From the NCBI GenBank assembly GCA_964631845.1, contig CAZWAG010000001.1, positions 9,547 to 73,546 on the forward strand: a stretch of DNA of 64,000 nucleotides. Reading direction: 5' to 3'. A program made the translations under genes and the position numbers. The first letter of the stretch is position 1; each line of letters opens with the position of its first letter. The stretch is from an uncultured Eubacterium sp. (GTDB lineage: Bacteria > Bacillota > Clostridia > Lachnospirales > Lachnospiraceae). Shown here piece after piece: positions 21,158 to 30,010 of the stretch. The notes beneath the pieces were generated by a model that ran no database searches, was not told the DNA's origin, and saw nothing but the letters and a program-made list of their open reading frames with translations.

Positions 21158-22288
21158 TTAGCCCAACACATGATTTATTTCTTCGTTGAGCTTCTCAAGA
21201 TCTTCCCTAATCTTAATTTTTTGCGGACATAAAGCTTCACATTTTCCACATTTTATACACTTGTCTGCCTTTGCAGCCTCGTCGATATCATTGTTCCAGG
21301 CCCAATCTAGACCTCCAGCATTCATATACATATGGTATTGATTCCATATATGGAAATTCTTTGGAATATCTACGCCTGCCGGACAAGGCATGCAATATCT
21401 GCAGCTTGTACATCCATTTGCTACACGACATTTTATTGCTGAGGCCGCCTTCATTACAAGATTGTTTTCCTCATTGCTCATAGGCTCAAAGTCAATAAAT
21501 GTAATCAAATTGTCTTTTGTCTGATTCATATTTGACATACCACTTAGGACTGTCATTACATTTGACTTTGACGCAACCCATCTAAGTGCCCAGCTTGCAA
21601 GTGAATCCTTAGGGCGTTTTGCCTTGAACATTTTTTCAATCTCGTCTGTTAGCACCGCCAGATTTCCTCCCTTAACCGGTTCCATAATAACTAAGGGTAC
21701 ATTCAGTTTTTCTGCCAAGCGATATCCTTTTAGTCCTGCCTGAATATCGATATCCATATAATTTAACTGAATCTGGCAAAAATCCCAGTCTCTTGCAGTG
21801 ATAATCTTTTCGAAGGCATTGTAATCATCGTGAAAAGAGAAACCAAAATATTTTATCTTCCCTTTTTTCTTCAACTCCTCACATATTTCCGGAACTCCAA
21901 GCTTAACCATCTCATCCCAGCGTTCGCCGTTCAGCGCATGCAACAAATAAAAGTCTATATAATCCTTATCAAGCTTTGCCAGCTGTTCATCGAGAAGTCT
22001 TTCTACATCCTCCGGCTTATGCACTTCCCAAACCGGAAGCTTTGTAGCAAGATAATATGTATGACGTGGATATTTGGACAATACCTTTCCTGTAAATACC
22101 TCACTATCACCGCCATGATATACATATGCCGTGTCAAAATAATTTACACCATTTTCATATGCGATATCTATCATCTTTTCTGCTTCTTTTTCGTTTATTT
22201 TGCCATCCTTTGTAGTAGGAAATCTCATACATCCAAATCCCAATAAAGATGTCTCAACTCCAAGCTTTTTAATCTTTCTTTTTTCCAT
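21158..22288 (-). CDS. Aldo/keto reductase with C-terminal 4Fe-4S dicluster domain
   Basis: LGFGCMRFP, YFDTAYVYH, IMEPVKGG, CTSCRYCMPCP and CIKCGKCEALCP. Start ATG 22288. Confidence 0.92.
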   Translation of the reverse strand: MEKRKIKKLGVETSLLGFGCMRFPTTKDGKINEKEAEKMIDIAYENGVNYFDTAYVYHGGDSEVFTGKVLSKYPRHTYYLATKLPVWEVHKPEDVERLLDEQLAKLDKDYIDFYLLHALNGERWDEMVKLGVPEICEELKKKGKIKYFGFSFHDDYNAFEKIITARDWDFCQIQLNYMDIDIQAGLKGYRLAEKLNVPLVIMEPVKGGNLAVLTDEIEKMFKAKRPKDSLASWALRWVASKSNVMTVLSGMSNMNQTKDNLITFIDFEPMSNEENNLVMKAASAIKCRVANGCTSCRYCMPCPAGVDIPKNFHIWNQYHMYMNAGGLDWAWNNDIDEAAKADKCIKCGKCEALCPQKIKIREDLEKLNEEINHVLG

Positions 22289-22322
22289 TTGTTCCCCAAT
22301 CCAAATATACAATATATTTTAA

Positions 22323-22395
22323 TTAATTTTCGTCCGTACTGCTCAAAAAATCTGATAGTTTTAATTATTCTTCGTCTGTACTGCTCCAAAAATCT
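22323..22395. repeat. Imperfect 31-bp direct repeat duplicating the 3' end of niaR
   Basis: 22323-22353 vs 22365-22395, 27 of 31 identical, 42-nt period. Confidence 0.75.
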
Positions 22396-22919
22396 ACAGG
22401 TTCGTAATCCCTAAGGGCCACCAGATATCCATTGTTCTGCAGCTCCTGCTGAATCTCATCTAACATTTCTACACTATCAGCAGTTACTGTGTGATAATGA
22501 TATTCTGACGTAATCTGTTCAAGCGGAACTGATACGCCTCCTTTGATTCCCTCAACATACTTCTTTGCGTCTCTTCTTGACTTTACATTCATCTCAACGC
22601 GGATAATTCCATAAAGCTTGTGATATACAAACACATCCTCAACCTTTCCGCCACAGTCAACTATAAGATTTAATTCATCAAGCATCTTTTCAGCGCTGTG
22701 CTTAACCTTGAATACTCTCTGAATACTGTCATCATCCTGTAGGATGTAGCCTCTATGAGTCGATATAATATTATAATTTTTTGCACGAAGCAAAGCTATA
22801 TCCTGCACAACGACCTGTCTGCTTATCTGAAATTTTTCAGCTAATTTTGTGCCGGATACAGGTTTATCACTTTCCTGTAATATTTTCAAAAGACTTTCTC
22901 TTCTCTTTTCTCCGTTCAT
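22365..22919 (-). CDS. niaR: Niacin-responsive transcriptional repressor (HTH_11 + 3H domain)
   Basis: SRQVVVQDIALLRA HTH; His residues in KVKH, YHKLYG and YHYHTV; adjacent to nadBC. Confidence 0.93.
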   Translation of the reverse strand: MNGEKRRESLLKILQESDKPVSGTKLAEKFQISRQVVVQDIALLRAKNYNIISTHRGYILQDDDSIQRVFKVKHSAEKMLDELNLIVDCGGKVEDVFVYHKLYGIIRVEMNVKSRRDAKKYVEGIKGGVSVPLEQITSEYHYHTVTADSVEMLDEIQQELQNNGYLVALRDYEPVDFWSSTDEE

Positions 22920-22985
22920 TGCTACCTCACATTATATTCATCGTTATCTCACATTATATACTTTGTAAATCATTGCAGCATCTCA

Positions 22986-23840
22986 TTATATTCTGTGCAG
23001 GTTTTTAAGTGAAATATCCATAATTGGTGCTGAGTGTGTCAATGCCCCACTGGAAATATAATCAACACCTAAGTCAATTAATTTTGCGATATTTTCCTTA
23101 GTTACATTTCCTGAAACTTCAATTTCTGCTTTTTTGTCGATGATGCTGATAGCTTCCTTCATCACATCATGATCCATATTGTCAAGCATAATAATATCCG
23201 CCCCTGCTTCAACGGCTTCTCTTACCATGTCAAGATTTTCCACTTCAACTTCAATCTTTCTGACAAATGGTGCGTATTCCTTTGCCATAGTCACAGCTTC
23301 CTTGACGCCACCTGCTGCTCCGATATGATTATCCTTCAACAAAACTCCATCTGTTAAATTGTATCTGTGGTTATTTCCCCCACCAACTCTAACTGAATAT
23401 TTTTCAAAAATTCTGTTGTTTGGTGATGTCTTTCTTGTATCTAAAAGCTTAATGTTACTTCCCTTTAAGAGATTTGCAATTGAGCGGGTATATGTTGCGA
23501 TTCCACTCATTCTCTGCAAATAATTTAAGCCCGTTCTCTCTCCTACAAGAAGAACTCTAATGTCTCCGGTTACCCTTCCCATAAGCTGGCCATTCTTAAC
23601 TTCGTCTCCGTCATTTACAAACAGTTCAACTTCAACCTTGTCATCTAACAGTTCAAATGCTCTCGCAAAAACCTGCAAGCCGCATATAACTCCGTCCTCC
23701 TTGCAAATCAAGTCAACTGAGCCCTGAACAGCCTCCGGCATAACTGAATTTGTTGTGACATCTTCACTTGTAACATCTTCCCTTATAGCGCTCATAATCA
23801 ATGGATCAACGCTTAACTTTAAAGTAATTGGATCAAACAT
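22986..23840 (-). CDS. nadC: Nicotinate-nucleotide diphosphorylase (quinolinate phosphoribosyltransferase)
   Basis: LLDTRKT, NHRYNLTD, KDNHI, IEVEVE, IMLDN, SSGALTHS. Confidence 0.97.
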   Translation of the reverse strand: MFDPITLKLSVDPLIMSAIREDVTSEDVTTNSVMPEAVQGSVDLICKEDGVICGLQVFARAFELLDDKVEVELFVNDGDEVKNGQLMGRVTGDIRVLLVGERTGLNYLQRMSGIATYTRSIANLLKGSNIKLLDTRKTSPNNRIFEKYSVRVGGGNNHRYNLTDGVLLKDNHIGAAGGVKEAVTMAKEYAPFVRKIEVEVENLDMVREAVEAGADIIMLDNMDHDVMKEAISIIDKKAEIEVSGNVTKENIAKLIDLGVDYISSGALTHSAPIMDISLKNLHRI

Positions 23841-23890
23841 AATAAACTCCTTTTATCGTATTATATAAACTAATATTGGGAAATTAATGA

Positions 23891-25174
23891 TTATTCCCTA
23901 TTTTCATTGTCTATTTCATCTTTAATTAACTGGACATTCTGGCTAGCCCACAAGTCCATGTCTTCATATTTTGAATAATCTATATCGTCGAAGGTTTTGT
24001 GTTCCACTTCATTGTAATGTGTAACCATATCCTTCGCAGCCCTCTTTGCAAAGACCATGCTTTCTAGGAGCGAATTGCTCGCAAGACGATTCTTTCCATG
24101 AACACCGTTACACGCTGTCTCACCTACAGCGTAAAGCTGATTCATAGATGTCTTGCTCTGAAGGTCAACCTTTATTCCTCCCATAAAATAATGCTGAGCC
24201 GGCACTACCGGAATCATTTCATCAGGAACATTGTATCCCTGCTCACGGCAATAACCAACAATATTTGGAAAATGATTTTCCAGCTGTTCCTTCTCAATCG
24301 GCTTCATTGAAAGCCATACATTTTCACAACCTTCCTTTTCCATCTCATCACGTATATTTTTTGTGACAATATCTCTAGGCAAAAGTTCGTTTGTAAAGCG
24401 CTCACCTTTATTGTTATACAGCAGGGCACCCTCACCGCGAACTGATTCAGAAATAAGAAAGCTTCTGTCAGGATTTTTGTCAATGTAAAATGTTGTCGGA
24501 TGAATCTGTACATAATTTACATTTTTGACCTCAATGCCATGACGCAGCGCCAATGCCACACCATCACCTGTCAAATGCTTGTAATTGGTTGAATATTTAT
24601 ATATTCCACCTATTCCACCACATGCAAGGACAGTATAATCAGCATATATTGTGTCCAAAGAGTTATCATCCTTTTTAACTACAATCCCATAACATCTATT
24701 ATCCTCACACAACAAATCGATCATGGACCAGTGCTCTTTTATAACAATGTTATCTCTCTTTTTGCACTGCTCATAAAGGTGGCTGGTAATTTCTTTACCG
24801 GTCACGTCCTCATGATACACAATTCTGTTATGTGTGTGCGCACCTTCTCTGGTAAGAGCAAGACTTCCATCCTCATTCTTTTGGAAATCAACACCCATAC
24901 TAATCAAATCGTCGACTAGCTCCGGTGATTCCTTAATCATTGTCTCAACGGCTTTTGCATCATTCTCAAAATGCCCAGCCTTCATGGTATCGTTGAAATA
25001 GCTCTCATAATCTTCGTCACATGTGAGCATACACATTCCACCCTGTGCCAAATATGAGTCACTGTGTTCCACGATATCCTTTGTAATTATTAAAACGTTC
25101 TTGTCTGCAGGAAGGTTGAGCGCACAGTACAAGCCTGAACATCCACTTCCCACAATTAAAATATCTGTTTTCAT
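23891..25174 (-). CDS. nadB: L-aspartate oxidase (short clostridial form)
   Basis: GSGCSG, SYLAQGG, TREGAH, QIHPT, LISESVRGEG, HYFMGG, HGKNRLASNSLLE. Confidence 0.96.
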   Translation of the reverse strand: MKTDILIVGSGCSGLYCALNLPADKNVLIITKDIVEHSDSYLAQGGMCMLTCDEDYESYFNDTMKAGHFENDAKAVETMIKESPELVDDLISMGVDFQKNEDGSLALTREGAHTHNRIVYHEDVTGKEITSHLYEQCKKRDNIVIKEHWSMIDLLCEDNRCYGIVVKKDDNSLDTIYADYTVLACGGIGGIYKYSTNYKHLTGDGVALALRHGIEVKNVNYVQIHPTTFYIDKNPDRSFLISESVRGEGALLYNNKGERFTNELLPRDIVTKNIRDEMEKEGCENVWLSMKPIEKEQLENHFPNIVGYCREQGYNVPDEMIPVVPAQHYFMGGIKVDLQSKTSMNQLYAVGETACNGVHGKNRLASNSLLESMVFAKRAAKDMVTHYNEVEHKTFDDIDYSKYEDMDLWASQNVQLIKDEIDNENRE

Positions 25175-25224
25175 ATAAAACTCTTTTCTTTTTTTGTTAA
25201 TACCTTTAAAGGGTATTGAATGGG

Positions 25225-25263
25225 ATTATAGCACATAAATCAAGAACTGACAAGACAGTTGTA
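25225..25263 (-). promoter_or_regulatory. sigma-A promoter of nadBC-niaR with an overlapping NiaR operator
   Basis: Minus strand TTGTCA-N17-(TG)nTATAAT. Imperfect palindrome tacaactgtc-tt-gtcagtt (25245-25263) resembles the NiaR TGTCttGACA core and covers the -35. Confidence 0.7.
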
Positions 25264-25280
25264 AACACATATGTTTTGAC

Positions 25281-25328
25281 AAAAAAAGAATCTAAACTTT
25301 ACTTTAAAGTAATGTTTAGACTCTTTTG
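25281..25328 (-). terminator. Terminator hairpin after the DUF2752 gene
   Basis: aaaagaatctaaac-tttactttaaagtaat-gtttagactctttt. Confidence 0.55.
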
Positions 25329-25778
25329 TTAAAAATACCTTTGTATAAAATTGTTCAACATATTGTCCTTCTCATATATCATTGGCGCCTGATTTGGAAA
25401 AAACTCAACCATTCTGTATACATAAAAGATAATCGCAGAAATAAAAATCATTATTGCACACATCTGCAATAATTTACTACGCTCTTGCCAAAACTCATAA
25501 TTTGACAGGCAATATCTGTATAGCAAAGAAAAGCTGAGCATTTCTATAACCACAATCCAATAGGGATGCATTATTGTGGCCTCTACTATCTTACCTTGGA
25601 AAAGTAATACAAATGCCCTTGTCAGTCCACATCCCGGACAAGGTATTCCAAGTAGAAATCTCGAAGGACAAATTCTTCCAAACAAAGCATTTGCTATTGC
25701 AATCACAGCTATGACAACCACAATTGGAATAAAAGCCTGTTTTATATCCTGTTTTAGTAATTCTTTGTTAAATTTCAT
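25329..25778 (-). CDS. DUF2752-like membrane protein
   Basis: CP..GIPCPGCGLTRA...HP motif with flanking TM helices. Confidence 0.8.
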   Translation of the reverse strand: MKFNKELLKQDIKQAFIPIVVVIAVIAIANALFGRICPSRFLLGIPCPGCGLTRAFVLLFQGKIVEATIMHPYWIVVIEMLSFSLLYRYCLSNYEFWQERSKLLQMCAIMIFISAIIFYVYRMVEFFPNQAPMIYEKDNMLNNFIQRYF

Positions 25779-25818
25779 CTTGTATTCCTCTGAGTGCTTC
25801 GAGCTGAATTATTATTTG

Positions 25819-27708
25819 TTAAACACGCTCTTTAAAATCACCCTCACGATAGCCTTTAAGCAATTCCTCCAAATCATATATCTGGCGAATTATGTTTTTG
25901 CCATTGTCAGTGTTTTTAACCATAAGTCGTTCGTCTTTTGTCTCAAATTTATTTCTGCTTGATTTGATGTCTACATTGTCATTTATGGCTTTTTCTATAC
26001 TCTCAAAAGGTCTGTGTGACATAAGTCTCATACTGTGAGAGTTAAAAATCAGTGTATACCCTGCAATGCCTGTAGTCTGATGATACGCCTTGCAAAAACC
26101 TCCATCTATTATAATCAGCTTACCGTTTGCCTTTACCGGGCTTTCTCCCTTTCCTGCCTGAACCGGAGTATGACCATTGATAATATGACCATCCTGTGGC
26201 TTTATTCCAAATTCATCTAATATTTTATTGCAGGTTTCCTCCTGCTTGTAAAATTCAAAATATGGGTTTTTAGGTTCTCTCCAAAGCTCTTTGTCTGCAA
26301 TGAACGTTCTCTCAAATGCCTTTATCTTTCTTCCTGCCAATGGTGATTTATCACCACACCAGAGATACCACATAAAATCAAGACAATTGATATTTTTTCC
26401 GCTGTAATATGCCCGACGTGCCATTTTATCCGCATAATCCAAATAGTCTCTTCCGCTATAAACTTTTCCACCAAAGAATAATTCATCAAATTCACCATTA
26501 TCCTTTAACGGAACACAGCCGTGAAACAGAAGATTGTTATTATAGCAGATGTATATACTGCCTTTGCTGTAAAGGTAATCAACATGATTATGTAAGGTTT
26601 TGCTTTCCATAAAAGACCTTCTCAAATCTTTTATAACAAACTTTTCTTCTTTTGTGAGAGCATAGCAGTCATTTCTATTTATTGTTGGAAAATCAGTATC
26701 GTTAAGCTGACAAAGCTTACCCTCCAATTCGATTGTTCCATCATCATAGTTTATTTTATTGAGCATAAGCCTGTCATTCATATTATATTCGGGATGACGC
26801 AGTATTACCTGACCTTCCAATTTGAACATAATAATAGTAATGGCTTTTAATGCTGCCTCCATAGGCTCCAAACCCGGATAAGTTTTTTCCGCAAACAATG
26901 TTAGCGTTCTCAAGCTTATTCCATACCCGCTTTCAAGCATTCTCATATTGTGATATTTTAAATTGTTCTTTACCACTGTGGCAATACACGCATCAGAGCC
27001 TGCCGCTGCTCCCATCCACAAAATATCATGATTTCCCCACTGAATATCAATCGAATGGTGTTCCATAAGCATATCCATTACCAAGTCCGGATGCTCGCCT
27101 CTGTCAAAAATATCACCTACTATATGCAGATGATCCACTGCCAAACGCTTAATAAGCGATGACAGCGCAACAATAAATTCCTCTGCATTTTCAATTTCTA
27201 TTATCGTATTTAAAATGTTGTCATGATATACAACCTGATTATTGTCCTGGTCCTTTTGCATATGCAATAGCTCGTCAATAATATATTTGAAGTCCTCAGG
27301 CATAGCCTTTCTCACTTTTGACCTTGTGTATTTTGAAGAAAGCACCTTTGCAATCTCGATTAGATTCTGCAAAGTAGACTTGTACCAGACTGCGTCTATT
27401 GCTCCTTCTTCTCTCATAAGCTCCATTTTTTCTCTTGGATAATAAATGAGTGTGCAAATCTGCCTGCGCTGTTCTTTTGTCATGGTATGTCTGAATATCA
27501 TGTCGACTTTGTCACGTACTTCGCCTGCACAATTGTTCATAATGTGAACAAAGGCTTCATACTCGCCGTGTATGTCACTCATAAAATGCTCAGTACCTTT
27601 TGGTAAATTCAGAATAGCATTTAAATTTATTATCTCGGTACATACAGACTGAATTGTCGGATATTTTTCAGACAACAATTCCAGGTACTTTCTATAATTT
27701 TCTTCCAC
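25819..27708 (-). CDS. fbp: Fructose-1,6-bisphosphatase class 3
   Basis: LPKGTEHFMSDIHGEY, LHIVGDIFDRG, QWGNHD, INGHTPV, IDGGFCKAY. Likely GTG start at 27708 after aaggag. Confidence 0.95.
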   Translation of the reverse strand: MEENYRKYLELLSEKYPTIQSVCTEIINLNAILNLPKGTEHFMSDIHGEYEAFVHIMNNCAGEVRDKVDMIFRHTMTKEQRRQICTLIYYPREKMELMREEGAIDAVWYKSTLQNLIEIAKVLSSKYTRSKVRKAMPEDFKYIIDELLHMQKDQDNNQVVYHDNILNTIIEIENAEEFIVALSSLIKRLAVDHLHIVGDIFDRGEHPDLVMDMLMEHHSIDIQWGNHDILWMGAAAGSDACIATVVKNNLKYHNMRMLESGYGISLRTLTLFAEKTYPGLEPMEAALKAITIIMFKLEGQVILRHPEYNMNDRLMLNKINYDDGTIELEGKLCQLNDTDFPTINRNDCYALTKEEKFVIKDLRRSFMESKTLHNHVDYLYSKGSIYICYNNNLLFHGCVPLKDNGEFDELFFGGKVYSGRDYLDYADKMARRAYYSGKNINCLDFMWYLWCGDKSPLAGRKIKAFERTFIADKELWREPKNPYFEFYKQEETCNKILDEFGIKPQDGHIINGHTPVQAGKGESPVKANGKLIIIDGGFCKAYHQTTGIAGYTLIFNSHSMRLMSHRPFESIEKAINDNVDIKSSRNKFETKDERLMVKNTDNGKNIIRQIYDLEELLKGYREGDFKERV

Positions 27709-27756
27709 CTTGCACACTCCTTTCCAAAAATTCAAAACGTACTTTCTATTCCTACA

Positions 27757-29208
27757 CTATTTCAATGCTTCGAGAGTTTTAAGTAACAGCTTCCATGTAC
27801 GCGCTGTTGAAGAAATGCTGAGCACTTCATTTGTAGTGTGAATGTTTTCCATCTGTGGTCCGAATGACACTGCATCGAGGCCTGGAATTTTAGCCGAAAA
27901 TACTCCACATTCAAGTCCTGCATGAATACCTTCGACAATTGGCTCTTCACCATACAAATCTTTGTATGCTTCAACCATTACATCTCTAAGTCTTGAATCT
28001 GCCTTGTATTCCCATCCCGGATATTCTCCAGAAATCTCAATTGATCCTCCAAATATTTCTGTGAGTGAGCGAAGCTTTTCAATAAGGAACTTCTTTTCTG
28101 TCTCACTTGAGCTTCTAACAGAAAATGCTAATTTTACACCCTCAACATCCATACCGATAACACCAAGGTTTAATGATGTCTGTGGCAATCCTTCTATTTC
28201 AGGATTCATTCTCTGAACGCCATTTGGCATATTGACAAGAGAAATCACAGTTGCAAGTGTTGAGGCATCTCCCAACGCTTCCAGCATCTGCTCCTCCTTT
28301 GTCTCAATCTTTATAGACATATTTGGATCTGTAGCCTTATATTCCTCTTTCATTTCACTGAATGTGTCTTCGATAATCTGCTTTACACCTTCTACAGTCT
28401 GAGGAAGAACTGCAATGGAGACCTCACTAAATGTAGCAATTGCATTATCCTTTTCACCACCACTTATAGATACAAGTCTCATTCCAAAATTCTGAAATAC
28501 ATTAAGTAAAACTCGTCCTAAAGCGACATTTGCATTAAGTCTCCCTTTACCTATTTCAACACCCGAATGTCCTCCTGTGAAGTTATCCATTCTTATATTA
28601 ATCGTTGCAGCTGCAATTGGCTCTTTCTTGTTTGGAAGTATGCATGTAACTGTCGCACCTCCGGCGCAGCTTACAGTAAAGACTCCCTCATCCTCTGAAT
28701 CCATATTAAGGAAAGTTTTTCCCTTCAAATCAGACACATCAATGAAGTTTGCGCCGAGCAAACCAATCTCCTCATCTGTTGTAAATACAGCCTCAATAGG
28801 TGGATGTGCAATGTCACTGCTATCCAAAATAGCAAGAGCGTAAGCTAGCGCAATACCGTCATCGCCACCAAGACTTGTTCCTTTTGCTGAAATCAAATCT
28901 CCATCTAAAATCTCAAGGTCCAAGCCATCCTTTTCCATATCCTTGTCACAGTCGTCTACCTTAACTGCAACCATATCCATGTGCCCCTGAAGGATTACAG
29001 GTTCTGAATCCTCATATCCTGCTGATGCATCCTTCCAGATTATTACATTTAATTTTTCATCCTGTCTGTATTTTAAATTTCTCTCCTTGGCAAAGTTCAC
29101 CAAATAATCGCTTATCTGCTTTACGTTTGTTGAACCGTGTGGAATTGAGCAAATCTCCTCAAAATAATCAAATACCTTCTGTGGTTCATTTCCTGTTAAA
29201 ACTCCCAT
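27757..29208 (-). CDS. pepD: Aminoacyl-histidine dipeptidase (M20C)
   Basis: LQGHMDMV, LGGDDG, DEEIGL, DSED, IHAGLECG, IHTTNE. Confidence 0.93.
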   Translation of the reverse strand: MGVLTGNEPQKVFDYFEEICSIPHGSTNVKQISDYLVNFAKERNLKYRQDEKLNVIIWKDASAGYEDSEPVILQGHMDMVAVKVDDCDKDMEKDGLDLEILDGDLISAKGTSLGGDDGIALAYALAILDSSDIAHPPIEAVFTTDEEIGLLGANFIDVSDLKGKTFLNMDSEDEGVFTVSCAGGATVTCILPNKKEPIAAATINIRMDNFTGGHSGVEIGKGRLNANVALGRVLLNVFQNFGMRLVSISGGEKDNAIATFSEVSIAVLPQTVEGVKQIIEDTFSEMKEEYKATDPNMSIKIETKEEQMLEALGDASTLATVISLVNMPNGVQRMNPEIEGLPQTSLNLGVIGMDVEGVKLAFSVRSSSETEKKFLIEKLRSLTEIFGGSIEISGEYPGWEYKADSRLRDVMVEAYKDLYGEEPIVEGIHAGLECGVFSAKIPGLDAVSFGPQMENIHTTNEVLSISSTARTWKLLLKTLEALK

Positions 29209-29231
29209 AATAACCTCCTAATATTTTCAGT

Positions 29232-29573
29232 CTATTTTTGTTTTTTATAACGATTTCCTTCCTGTTCAATTTGACCGGTCTTTACCATATAATCTAACAG
29301 TTTTTTTGCGAAATCTCTTTTATCTTTAACAACTGCTCTGTTTCTGGAAAATGGTTGTTTCGCCTCTAAGCCGGCACACATATTTTCCACCTCAGCAGCT
29401 GTGATGTATTCGTTTTTCTTCAAATATTTATTTACCTTTGAATTTCCTTTGCTGAACAATAAGTTCATCAAATCCTTACTTTGATTTCTTTGCTTAATCA
29501 ACCCCCAGCTATAAATAATAATTGTAGCCAGTGCAAAAAGCAATACACCTATAATTTTCGTGCCTGTACTCAT
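29232..29573 (-). CDS. Hypothetical protein with N-terminal TM and a possible winged-helix-like C-terminus
   Basis: One hydrophobic helix followed by a basic domain. ATG 29573 lies immediately after the PqqD gene stop. Confidence 0.6.
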   Translation of the reverse strand: MSTGTKIIGVLLFALATIIIYSWGLIKQRNQSKDLMNLLFSKGNSKVNKYLKKNEYITAAEVENMCAGLEAKQPFSRNRAVVKDKRDFAKKLLDYMVKTGQIEQEGNRYKKQK

Positions 29574-29574
29574 C

Positions 29575-29916
29575 TTATTCCTCACCATCAAATGAAATAT
29601 AATCATTTGATTTCAATATATTCATAAATTTTGACAATCTTTCATACAATTGGTTTCCTGCTTCCTTGTGTTCATTTTCAAGGAGCTTGCCAATCTCGTA
29701 AATACTCTTTTTACCATCTATCTGTTGCCATACAAAGCTTCCGTATTCGTCCAGCTTTATAAAGCTATATCTTGGTCTTTTAAAAATCTTTTGCGCAATA
29801 ACATTGAAAAAGCCTCTGTTTTCCACAGTGACCTCAACCAAATTATTTTCAATCAACTCCCATTTCTTGTTTATGACAGGAATTTTGTCCAGATAATTTT
29901 CTTTACTTTTGCTCAT
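29575..29916 (-). CDS. PqqD-family (RRE-fold) peptide-binding protein
   Basis: IKLDEYGSFVWQQIDGKKSIYEI...LYERLSKFMNILKSNDYI is the PqqD signature. Confidence 0.85.
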   Translation of the reverse strand: MSKSKENYLDKIPVINKKWELIENNLVEVTVENRGFFNVIAQKIFKRPRYSFIKLDEYGSFVWQQIDGKKSIYEIGKLLENEHKEAGNQLYERLSKFMNILKSNDYISFDGEE

Positions 29917-29958
29917 TTAAATTCATCCTCTAACAAAATTTATATACCATTTTATAAT

Positions 29959-30000
29959 AAAACCTTGGATAAGCCAAGTGTTAGCATATCCAAGGTTTTT
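29959..30000. terminator. Hairpin between the OPT and PqqD genes
   Basis: aaaaccttggata...tatccaaggtttt with A/T tracts on both sides. Confidence 0.6.
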
Positions 30001-30010
30001 TAGTTAATGA

